NCBI GenBank assembly: GCA_030390025.1
Contig: CM059432.1
Span: forward strand, 29,886,001 to 29,950,000
From: Squalus acanthias
Lineage: Eukaryota
DNA length: 64,000 nt
Direction of reading: 5' to 3'
The notes below the pieces were generated by a model that searched no databases, had not been told where the DNA came from, and was given only the letters and a program-made list of their open reading frames with translations. This document shows positions 14,076 to 24,884 of the stretch, piece after piece (positions within the stretch are counted from its first letter, which is position 1; each line of letters opens with the position of its first letter). The translations under genes were made by a program, and so were the position numbers.

Positions 14076-14234
14076 GACAATGAACTGTCAAATCGATTGA
14101 ACTATTTTACAATCATAGGCTTTGTAAGATTACACATAACAGACCTCCATTATTGCCAAAATTTCTCTACCCACTTCATTGCGTGAAGGCACTTACTTAC
14201 TCCTTAATAAGGTACATTTCCACAGCCAACAGTT

Positions 14235-14545
14235 GTCACCCAGTACCTCACCCAACTGGCCATTATTCACGAGTGAACCTTGAGAGTAAATAGCGGCAGT
14301 CTCTTCTGCTGTGGGGAGAAGTCACACCCCTAGCCTGACCCTGCCATCCACAGATGGGATTGCTGGTCAGCAATTTGGAGTGAGAACAGGGCCTACCTTG
14401 CCTGCCCTAATCCAGGGGTGTTGGGTCCAACTGTAGTGGCCCTATAGCCAAACAGCATAGAACTGGGAATGAATCCTGGATCTTCGTGTCTGCATGATTC
14501 AGCAATTCATTGTAGAAACATGCTGAAACAATGGAGGAATCTGGT
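14235..14545 (-). mobile_element. LF-SINE-like SINE, degenerate
   Basis: cagtacctcacccaactggccatt...cagca core matching the other copies. Confidence 0.5.
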
Positions 14546-14649
14546 TTACATGAAGTTAAATAAAGGCCTCAGATAGTGGTTGTCATACTTCCCACACGCC
14601 ATTTAATAGTTAATTTTGCGAATTCACCGTCTCTGAAAAAACTGCATCT

Positions 14650-15866
14650 CAGAGTCATAACGGCACAGAAGGAGGCCATTCGGCCCATCGAGACCATGCC
14701 GGCTCTCTGTAGAGCAATCCAGTCAGTCCCATTCCCCCGCTCTATCCCTGCAAGTTTATTTCCCTCAAGTGCCTATCCAGTCTCCCCTTGAAAACATTGA
14801 GTGTCTCCGCTTCCACCACTTCCGTCGGCAGTGAATTCCAGGTTAGTTTTCCTCACGTCCCCGCTGTATCTCATGCCCAAAATATTAAATCTGTGTCGCC
14901 TAGTCCTTGTACCATCAACTAGTGGGAACAGCCTTTCCCCATCTAGCCTATCCAAACCCGTCATAATCTTGTACACCTCTATCAAATCATCCCTCAACCT
15001 CCTTTGCTCTAATGAAAACAAATCCAGCTTCTCCAACCTGTCCTTGTAGCTAAGATCCCCCATCCCCGGAACCATTCTGGTAAATCTCCTCTGCACCCTC
15101 TCAAGGGCCTTCAAATCCTTCCTAAAGTGTGGTGACCCGAACTGGACGCAATACTCCAGTTGTGGCCTAACCAGAGCTTTATAAAGGTTCATCATAACTT
15201 CTCTACTTTTGCACTCAATACCTCTATTTATGAAGCCCAAGATCCCATATGCTTTGCTAACCACTCTCTCAATATGTCCTGCCACCTTCAGGGACCTATG
15301 TACATTAACTCCCAGGTCCCTCTGTCCCTGCACACTCTTTAAAACTGTGCCATTAAGTGTATATTGCCTCTCCCTGTTCCTTCTGCCAAAATGCATCACC
15401 TCACCCTTCTCTGTATTAAATTCCATCTGCCACTTGTCTGCCCATTCTACTAGCCTTTCTATGTCCTGTTGCAGTCGATTGGTATCATCATCACTGTTTG
15501 CCACACCCCCAAGTTTGGGGTCATCAGCAAATTTAGAAATTCTACTCTGTATTCCAATTTCCAAGTCATATATATATATATATATATATCAAAAAAAGCA
15601 GTGGCCCCAGCACTGACCCTTGGGGAACACCACTGTCTACCATCCTCCAGTCTGAAAAACAGCCATTTACCACAACTTGCTGTTTTCTGTCCTTAAGCCA
15701 ATTCCTTATCCAAGCTGCTGCTGACCCACCTATTCCATGAGCCTCAATTTTGTTAATTTTGTGGTACTTTGTCAAATGCCTTCCTAAAATCCATGTAGAC
15801 AACATCCATTGCATTCCCTTCATCAATCCTCTCTGTTACTTCATCAAAAAATTCAATTAGATTAGT
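14650..15866 (-). mobile_element. CR1 LINE, 5'-truncated
   Basis: [29 protein letters not shown]; 3' UTR at ~14650; same subfamily as 53956-56228. Confidence 0.95.
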
Positions 15867-16859
15867 CTAAGAAAGAAACCATGGAATAACAAAATGCTCT
15901 CCCAAACCTTCACTGACTGGGACACACATCTAATCTCCAGAGGCAATTTTAGCATAAATATTGCCCTGGTTTCCAAAGAACAAATCTTCATCCCTTCCCA
16001 AATCTCCACTTTTCAACTCTGCCCAGTTGCCTTCCACAGCCTACCAATCCCTAACCCATCGGCACAGAATGTCCATTGGAGACTCTCAGCCATTACTTAT
16101 TCCTAGTGCCTACTGTTCCATTCCCAGATATTTATTCAGCACTTCTTTTTCCTAAGGAGTTAAATCAACGCAGCATCAGCTCCTCTTCCTGATAACCTGA
16201 TTAAAAAGGTAACTATACTGGGCACCAGGTTCACTGTTAAACAATGGTTTGCATGGTGGAAAATCTAGTTGGCTGACAAGTTCTTTTGTAACATCTGATA
16301 ACACACAAGTTAGTGGAAAGCCTCAGGAACCTGAGCTTGCTGCCTCACAGACTGCAGGCAAGATAAAGTGCTGTATAAATGCAAGTCTCTTTTGGCAATG
16401 ATACAGAGACAGAAAGGGAACAAAACCAATATCTAGAGAATGAGAGCAATTCTCACCAAAAATCCCCAAACAAGAAAAATGTTGATGCTGATGCATTGAT
16501 AATCATCTAAAGTGGGAATGTCTGAAAATGTGGGACCACCAAAAAATGTAACAGGAGTTCAGCTAGGTTTTAAGATTAAGTGCATGAACAGATCAGCTTT
16601 TGGCAACATAAGATCAAGGTTTGATCTCTCTTGTGGCATGACAGATACAAAGAGACAGATATGGTAGATGAGGGGGTGAATAGGAGAGGTGCACGGAGAG
16701 ACCCACGGGAGGAAGAGATATGCACACAGTGAGAAGAGGAGAGGCGAGAGAGCGAGAAGAGGAAAAGGGGAATAGCATAAACACAGAGACAGACATAGAA
16801 AGCAGAGACAGAGGGAGACTTGCACTGATGTAGCATCTTATCATGTTTCTCAGAAGCAT

Positions 16860-17195
16860 CTCAGTGAATTACTTTGAAGTTTAGTGCCAGTTATTTGGAC
16901 AAACATGACAGCCATTTTTTTGCGCACATCAATAAGACGAATGAGGAGTTTATTTGAATTTGGCTGAGGTAGAAATGTTGGCCAGGACATCAAAAGAACT
17001 CCCTACTCTTCTTCAAATAGTGGCATAGGATCTTTAATGTCAAGGGAACCACCAAAACAGACAGGCAGGGTCTTGACGTAACATTTAATTTGAAAGATGG
17101 AACCTCCCTCAGTACTGAACTGGATTGTACGCTCAAGTTCTAGGGATTTGAACCTACGACCTTCTGACATGGATGTAAGAGTGCCACCAACTGTC
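16860..17195 (-). mobile_element. DeuSINE, degenerate
   Basis: ttggccaggaca...ccctcagtactg core. Confidence 0.55.
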
Positions 17196-17344
17196 AGAGA
17201 CAGGTAGGGTGAGTGAGAGAGATAGAGTGAGAAAGAACAAGGCATAGACAGCTAGAGAAAACCATCCATCTAACAAGCTGACTTTGGAAAGAATGGAAGC
17301 ATTCATATTGTGATGTTTTCCCACCCTGGGTCAGGATTTTTATG

Positions 17345-17522
17345 AAACATAGAAGATAGGAGCAGGAGTAGGCCATTCGGCCCCTCTAGCCTGCTCCGCC
17401 ATTCAATGCGATCATGGCTGATCATCCAAATTCAGAACCCTGTCCCTGCTTTCTCCCCATATCCCTTGATCTCTTTAGTCTTAAGAAATATATCCAACTC
17501 CTTCTTGAATATATTTAATGAA
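17345..17522 (-). mobile_element. CR1 3' end, same subfamily as 37410-42868
   Basis: Near-identical by eye to the reverse complement of 42690-42868. Confidence 0.85.
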
Positions 17523-18224
17523 ATAGAAACAGTTATTTTTCCCCTTCCATCAGGATCTCCTTTCAAAGAGGCAGTTTTTCCTCCTTTTCCCCCTAAAATA
17601 ATCAGATACCTTTTAACAAAGTGTCAAAATTTTAAATAGTTTAAGTATTTGAGTGTTGTCTGAGTAACCCGCTGGAAGGAGTTATTGAGTCTGAACGAGT
17701 GAGGGGACAGATTAGTTTAAATGACATATTTGCTGAAGCACACTAGGTTAATGACTAGGTCTGCGATGATGTTAATTCAACTCTCTTGGACTGCTGTGCT
17801 CAACATCTTGCAAAATGCTAAAATGTCTGTCTACAAGGCGGCGAAATGATACAATAGGCACGGCAAGAATGATGTCTCAATGACTGCATTCTCTACCGTA
17901 ACTTAAAAAATAACAATTTAGGGCATGCCAATGGCTTAGTGCAGGGATGCCCATGTAGGTCTGGGGTACCACGTTAAGTTTAAATCCATATCCCAGTAAT
18001 TTGCATATATTTTAAGCGGCTGATACTGAAAGATATTGCTCTTTGAGTTAAGATTTATCCACCAAAGAGGCAGCAGTGCTAAAAACAGCCATTTCAAAAC
18101 CTCCAGCTCCACAAGATTCAAACAGGGCAAATAAACACAAATAGTATTGAGTTGCCTAGGTTTCAAGGACCAGATCGTCAGCATGATGGCCTTGGGCTGT
18201 AGGATGGAATCCCTTGGCTAAGCA

Positions 18225-18725
18225 TATAAATGGCATAGCGTTGAGCTATATTAATGAGAAAGGTGCTGGGTTCAATCCCTGATCTGTGCTGATAACCAGG
18301 GCAGCAGTTGGGTGCTACAACTATAAAGAAAAAATGTGCATTTATATAGCGCTTTTCACGACCTCAGGACATCCCAAAGTGCTTTACAGGCAATGACGTA
18401 CTTCTGAAGTGTAGTCACTGTTCTAATGCATGAAACGTGGCAGCCAATTTGTACACAGCAAGGTCCCACAAACAGCAATGACATAAATGATCAGATCACC
18501 TGTTTTAGGTGTTGGTTGAGGGATAAATATCGGCCACAATACCGGCAGACTCCCCTGATGCTCTTCGAATAGAAGTGGGAGCTTTTACGAGAGGGCAGAT
18601 GGGGCTTCGGTTTAATGTCTCATCCAAAAGACAGCACTTCAGACAGTGCAGCATTCCCTCAGTACTGCACTGATGTGTCAGCCTAGATTTTGTGCTCAAG
18701 TCTCTGGAGTAGGACTTGAGCCCAC

Positions 18726-18756
<31 letters not shown>

Positions 18757-19020
18757 AGTGAGCCAAGGCTGGCACCTGTTAACCTCACTACCCCTCAGCT
18801 GGGGAAAAGGAGAAAAAAATTAACCAGGATTCCTGGCGTTGATTGCTTTCCTGTGACGCTCTTCTGGAAAAGTGTGTATGTGTAAATGCTGTGCAAAGAC
18901 AGGATTCGAGAACTCCAATACTGCTTTTCCCAAGGTGGAATAGCCCATCTGGGCTAAATCTTTGGTGAGCTACTGGAGTGCTGCAGAGGCTGGTACCCCT
19001 GTACGAATCACTACCTTCAA
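18225..19020 (+). mobile_element. LF-SINE-like SINE split by a nested DeuSINE
   Basis: gggttcaatccctgatctgtgctg...gtgctacaa, interrupted at ~18325-18772, resumes ctcactacccctcagctggggaaa...accttcaagggaga. Confidence 0.55.
18325..18772 (-). mobile_element. DeuSINE, near full length
   Basis: Head ccttggctcactggtagcactcttgcctctgagtcagaagg; Deu-like core; tail gcgctatataaatgca. Confidence 0.8.
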
Positions 19021-19726
19021 GGGAGAAATATATAATCTGCATCAAGGCAAAAGTGGAAACCGTTGCCCAGGTTCACTGCAGTCTAATTTTCTCTGTATCA
19101 GATTCTGCAGACCAGTCCATTTCTTGCTGGACAAGGGATTTGCTTTGCCAGAAAAAATTCACAATATAGGAACACCAAGTCTTCAAAAAGATTCCAACCA
19201 AAAACTGTAAATGCTGTGAATACTCGGAAGGTTGGTTAGCTTCGTGGGTCTTTCCAATGCCTGATTGTTTAAAAAAAACCCGTTTGCGGGCAATTCGGCC
19301 ATTAACTGCTTCTTTGGTGATAGATGTCAGCATATCCGACTCTTGACTTCATTCGTTCATGGGATGTGGGCGTCGCTGGCAAGGCCAGCATTTATTGCCC
19401 ATCCCTAGTTGCCCTTGACTTTACTACTGGGTGCTACTAAATCTGGTTCCCTTATCCCTACGGCAGACCTAGAATTAACAGTGTAGACAGCAGGAGCCAG
19501 CTCAAGGACAACGGCCTTGTGGAATCCAAAGTACAAGAGCGGTAGTATGAAAGAGGCTTTAGATTCTGACCGTCCTGCTTATTATTGCTAGTATTTTGTT
19601 TGTATAACGCTCCTGTGATGTGTCTAGGGATGTTTTACAACATTAAAGGTGCTATATAAATGCAAGTTGCTGTATTTTCTGTTTTTATTTACTTTTTGTC
19701 TCTGAAGTAGAGACAGGTGAACATTT

Positions 19727-19825
19727 GATTCTGATGAACAGGTCTCACCTGAAATGCTAACCTGCCTTTTTTTCCACTGCACTGACTGACCTGCTGTGTA
19801 TTTCCAAGATTTTTGTTGTTTTCAA
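19727..19825 (+). mobile_element. Degenerate Penelope terminus with a hammerhead-like remnant
   Basis: ctgatga-ac-aggt-ctc-acct-gaaa followed by ctgacctgctg.gtatttcca, as in 26744-26840. Confidence 0.5.
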
Positions 19826-19874
19826 ATTATTTGCAATTTTTCTTCTCGTCTTTAAACGGATTCAGCATTCCTAG

Positions 19875-20300
19875 AATTACAGAACTATATGGCACAGGAG
19901 GAGGCCACTGTACCTGTGACAGCTCTTTGAAAGAGCTATTCACTTAGTCCCATTCGCCTGTCCTTTCCTCATACCGTTTAAAAAAAATTAAATATATCTA
20001 CACACTTCCATTTTTGTTTTAAAACTGATTCTGTTTCTGGTAGGGCATTCCTCTGCATAAAAAAATTCTCCTAACTACTCGTTTTGTTCTTTTGTAAATT
20101 TATGCCCTCTAGTACCTGAATTTCTTCATGCAAACCTCTCATAACTTTGAACACCTCTATCAGATCTCCTCTTAACCTTTGTTCTAATGAAAATATCCCA
20201 GTTTCTCCAGTCTCTCATCTCTAGCATCTTCTTAGTGACATTCTTCGACAACCTCTCCACAGCCTTGACATCCTTCCTAAAGTAAGGTGCTCAAAAATGT
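19875..20300 (-). mobile_element. Old CR1 3' fragment
   Basis: Degenerate match to the CR1 3' end and ORF2 C-terminus. Confidence 0.6.
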
Positions 20301-20325
20301 TTTGTATAGATTTGGGATTACCTCA

Positions 20326-20720
20326 GTGCCTTGGCTCAGTGGTAGCACACTCGGTGCCGAGTCAGAAGGTCATGGGTTCAAGTCCCACTCCAGAAACTTG
20401 AGCACATAATCTAGGCTGACACTCCAGCGCAGTACTGAGGGAGTGCTGCACTGTTGGAGGTGCCATCTGTCGGATGCGACGTTAAACTGAAGCCCCGTCT
20501 GCCCTCTTAGGTGCACTTAAAAGATCCCATTGCACTATTTTAAGAAGGGCAGGGATGTGTTCCCTTGTGCCCTGGCCAATATTTGTCCTGCAATCAATAT
20601 CACCAAAAAAACAGATTATCTGGTCATTATCTTATTACTGTTTGTGGGATCTTGTTGTGCACAAATTGGTTGTCATGGCCTGAGGTTGTGAAAGGTGCTA
20701 TATAAATGCAAGTCTTTCTT
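20326..20720 (+). mobile_element. DeuSINE
   Basis: ttggctcagtggtagcacactc...gggttcaagtcccactccag...cagtactgagggagtgctgcactg...ctatataaatgcaagtctttc. Confidence 0.8.
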
Positions 20721-20759
20721 TTTTTCCTTAAAAAGTGCCCAAAAATAAAATAATGGCTA

Positions 20760-21140
20760 ACCCAGCTGCCCTGATGGGTCAACCAGTATCCCTAGTGAGC
20801 AGCTGAGGCATACAGACAAGGAAGGCTCCCAGTCTGTGTTGAGTTAAATGATCTCACTAGCAGTAGCAGCCTTTGCGCCCATGCCAATTAACCAAGGTTC
20901 CGACTGCTGATCGCTATCCAGCGACCCCATGACAAAGTGTGATGTGTGGACTTCCAGTGAGGACAGGATACAGCTTGGCTGTGATCTGTTCTGTGGTCAG
21001 ACAGCCTGCTGGCACTCAGCATATATGGCTCACATGTGAATAATAGTTGTTTTCACAAGGAACGACAAGGTGGTCGTGGAACTGTACACCCCAGCAAGGA
21101 GTCAATACCTTCAGAAGATGAAGAGATAAAGCTGGTGAGC
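20760..21140 (+). mobile_element. LF-SINE-like SINE
   Basis: ctgatcgctatccagcgacccc...gtgaggacaggat...gtggaactgtac.ccccagcaaggagtcaataccttcag. Confidence 0.6.
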
Positions 21141-22264
21141 AAAATGCTCAGAAACGTATTGTGTGCAGAGAGGAGTTGAAGGGGTTAATAAAAGCATTTT
21201 TTTGGGATATATTACAATTCACCGATCATAAACCTAACAGCTAAATGCTCCCTTATCTGAGCTATTATCTGACACAGACACGACATGGTAACATCCAAAA
21301 GCTATCAATTACTCTGAAGAAAGTCTATTTTATCCCCTGCACCACCTTATTACCTATGCTCCAGTGATATGTCAAACAAACCTGTTCAGCTGTTAAGTGC
21401 GCGCAGTGGTGCTGTTAAAAGGTGGTAGTGAACTCCTTCCATTATGATTATGACCATGAAATATGACAATAAAATGACATGTGCCGGGATCTCAAAAGCC
21501 TGCTGCCTGCCGAGCTGAACTCTTGTTTATAACTGTTCAAAGAGGCATATCTCCGGAAAATGTTTACAAAAGGAATCACTCAGAGCTGTAAAGACCCATC
21601 TCTCTCTCCTCTCTCCGGCTGTAGCCAGGATGAATGCTGCCATTTACTCCTCGCTAAACGGGCAAATGGGAAACAGAAACATCTGCTCGTTTCCTTGAGA
21701 CTTTTGTGCTCTTTCTCGAACAAATTAAAGTACAACAAACGATCAGTAATTAAATTACCGCATGCATGAGGTGATCTGCGAGTAGTGCAGTCATCTTGAA
21801 ATTATCAGTCCCAGCACATTTTTAAGCTGGCTTCAAACTATTTAAATAGAGGGTGAAAAATGGAAAATTAGAATCGTCTCTGAAGTGGCAAGCTGTTTTT
21901 GTTCAACGCTTGGGTAGTGACCTAAACTCCAGTAGGCGACCCGAAACCATCAGGATCGTTTGTCTGCCCCTCTAGTCTTTGATACCTCCAGTTCTCTTTC
22001 TGTGGTGGCCTTAACCCTTTCACAGCTGTTTCCGGAGACTACAGCAATTAAATATTCTATGACTCTGCATGTTATTTCAGAGATGACTTTGTAACCTGTG
22101 AGCTTTCTGCTATGGACAGTACAGATGCAGTGCATCAAGGACATCACTTTTAACCCTTAGTGGTTTCATCTCCAAGAAATTCTGTACTCCCCAGTACTCC
22201 CTCTCTCTTTAAAAACCAATCTCAAACATTGAATTGCTTAATATTGCAGTAAAAATGTTATGAA

Positions 22265-22625
22265 CATTTAAAAAAAAATTGTTCTTGGGCGACATTGGCA
22301 AGTCTGTATTCATTGTTCATCCATGATCGGCCTGAGAAGGTGATGGTGGGCCTTCTCCTTGTGGTGATGGCGATCCCACAATGGTGTTAAGTAGGAAATT
22401 CCAGGATATTTACCCAGTGATGATGAAGGAATGGTGATATATGTCCAAGTCAGGATGGTGTGTGAATTGGAGGGGAACTTGGTGTTCATGACATTACTGC
22501 TCTTGTCCTTCTAACTGATGGAGGTCATAGGAGAGCCACATGCTGACAAAGTAACCTTGGTGAGTTGCTGAAGTGTATCCGGTAAATCGTACACAGTGCA
22601 GCCCCAGTGTTGGAAGGGGTGGATA
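22265..22625 (-). mobile_element. Old 3' fragment of the 8268-type LINE
   Basis: Degenerate match to 8280-8640. Confidence 0.6.
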
Positions 22626-23034
22626 TCGAGTATTTAAAAACGCCAGTCATTTCCTGCTGGTTTTTCGTTCAACCTGGGGGACCAGCTGGTAGATTGTCAT
22701 GGATATCTCCACCGACTCTTGCGCTGCTCCAAACGCTTTGTAAAATTGTGACTTCTATTTTAACTGCATTCTGTTCCATTTTCTGTAAATTATATCTATA
22801 TTGTATGTTTTAAGATCTTTCTTTTTTAACGCTTAGATTGCCAGCTGGTCTGGGGAAACACTGGGCTCCCTGGGTCAGTCAGTTCTCAGTTCACATGCCA
22901 GGAAGTAAAAGCTAAAATTACAATAGAGCTATTCAGATGTTAAGAATAGCTTTATTGCTGTAATATTAACCCTATAGAATACTTAAAACAGAATTGTAAC
23001 TAAAAATTATTTGCAACACTTCACTTTTGCTTCC

Positions 23035-23330
23035 CTTCCCCCATATACTCTCTCCTATATTCTATCATATTGACTTCAATTTTATTTTTCTACAATTTAT
23101 TTCTCCTCTCCCGAGGACAATGACTCCTTGTTGGGGTGTGGCACCACTGGGACGGGTCATGTCAGGTGCCTTTCTCAAGTGCCCATCTTTTAGGTCTGCC
23201 AATGAGTGTTGCCAAACTGTGGAGGGCATCGCAGCCAAGGCAGATCTTGCCCTTAATTCATGCATGCATTCTTCCTATGGAGATTGCTTTTTCTGGGTAC
23301 TTTAACCAAATCTATCCATTTTAATTGATT
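23035..23330 (-). mobile_element. LF-SINE-like SINE fragment
   Basis: tgactccttgttggggt...ggagggcatcgcagccaag matches the reverse complement of 20950-21120. Confidence 0.55.
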
Positions 23331-23499
23331 TTTTCTCTTTCAAAAAAAAAATTTTTTTCTTCCTCTTTGTGGTCTCACCATTTGCAGGAGGGACCATCTT
23401 CCAACAAAATGCCCTTTGATTGGCTGAAAATTGATTCTAAAGACTGACATGCTTGCGCCTTGGAGGTGACCAGATCAATATGTGACTTGTACAAACATG

Positions 23500-23651
23500 A
23501 TGCGGAGATGCGGAGAAAAGTTGGACTGGGGTGGACAAAAGTGAGAAGTCGCACACCAGGTTATAGTCCAACAGCGTTATTTGAAATCACAAGCTTGTGA
23601 TTTCAAATAAAGCTGTTGGACTATAACCTGGTGTTGTGCGACTTCTCACTT
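23500..23651 (-). mobile_element. Palindromic Penelope-terminus mini-element (family B)
   Basis: Near-perfect hairpin centred on tcacaagcttgtga plus a tail on the left; flanked by ttgtacaaacatg at 23487-23499 and 23652-23664. Confidence 0.75.
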
Positions 23652-24264
23652 TTGTACAAACATGTCAAATCTGGAAGGTCCATGTCAGAGACTCCCTCTA
23701 CAATGTTAACTTGCAAGGCAAGGGATTAGAGTAACTCCAGCTGAAGAACAAACACCAGCAAGGTATGATGGGTCAAATGGCTTCCTTCATGTAATTTCCA
23801 TGAGTCTAATTCTCTTCTCCCCACCTTCAAAACCCTCTTCACAGTCTTGGTATTTGACCATGCTTTCAGTTATCCTTAACACTCCTACTACTGTTGGGCA
23901 TCCATTTCTTCTCTATGAATCACATCAGGATGTTTACTATGTTAAAGCTGATGATGATGTTATGAGCAGGTGACCAAAAAGAGCCAGGCGTTCCAGGTTT
24001 GATCTGTGATGTGTGCCGAGTTAACTAATCTAAACCAGTTAGGCAGTAGAGATGTTACAATTGGCCTCAGCATCCCTAGGTTAAGGAGGCTAAAACTTGT
24101 CAGGCTATCTAATCATTGTTATACAGCATTCTCTGCTGGAACTTTGGGTGTGTGGCCGTCAGAGCCAAGACAACCTTACTATAAATCCATCTGAAATTGG
24201 GGCCAAACATTTAAAAAAATAGACAAGATGTTGGCTCCTTTGTGAGTGTCTTTCAAATACATAC

Positions 24265-24458
24265 CCAGTACTTCGCCTGCCCTTTCCTCTTCTACTTCAG
24301 AATCAGCTTTCTCTTCAGAGGATGCAGACGAGTGAAGAGCAATGAAGGCTGGCAGCCAATGCTGGCTGCTGCTGCTACTACTCGATTCTCCGGTGTTGAC
24401 AGAGGAGTCAGCTCTTCTCTCTGTTGACACTTGTCTCAAGGTCTTCCCCTCCAGCTCT
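24265..24458 (-). CDS. ZC3H3: ZC3H3 penultimate coding exon (Ser-rich, LPAFIAL motif)
   Basis: CAG acceptor (24459-24461), GTATGT donor; 194 nt, phase 2 to 1, in frame with the 28515-28708 exon. Encodes ...SSSSSSSQHWLPAFIALHSS...EVLG, resembling the ZC3H3 C-terminal LPSFISL motif. Confidence 0.85.
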
Positions 24459-24884
24459 CTGCCAAAGGTCGAGAAAACCATGTTAACACTTTTTCATATA
24501 AAACCCAGTAATCTGATACACTAAAGGATTCCATTTCATTGGAAAGACAATACTTTTTGGATGCTACTGAATTGCTGTGTTCCCATGTGCAGTACACACT
24601 TTAATCCAAATGTTCCAGAAAGAGAAAAGTTATGTCAATTATCTTTGTTGAAATCAATAGTTAAAAGAGTTAAAACCTGATAAACATGTAACTAGTTTGC
24701 CAAGTGTAGCTCTGCTTTGAGCAGGATTTCATTGACTCTAGATTTAAATACAAGCCATTTGCAAACTGTACAGTGCCACTTCAAATATTCATTCGACAAT
24801 TCCACTGGAAAAAGTTAACTGTGGAATCATTTTTTTTGATCCTTTCTCTCTTTAGGTCTCTGCCACATGCACCAGTCATAAGAA

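Noticed and set aside
16559..16859. Three overlapping hydrophobic ORFs
   Set aside because: Artefact of a GA-rich low-complexity tract.
19073..19333. 86-aa minus-strand ORF as a possible ZC3H3 last exon
   Set aside because: No IKPR-like motif and no convincing phase-1 acceptor.
20326..20400. tRNA-like sequence
   Set aside because: It is a SINE head continuing into the Deu domain, not a tRNA gene.
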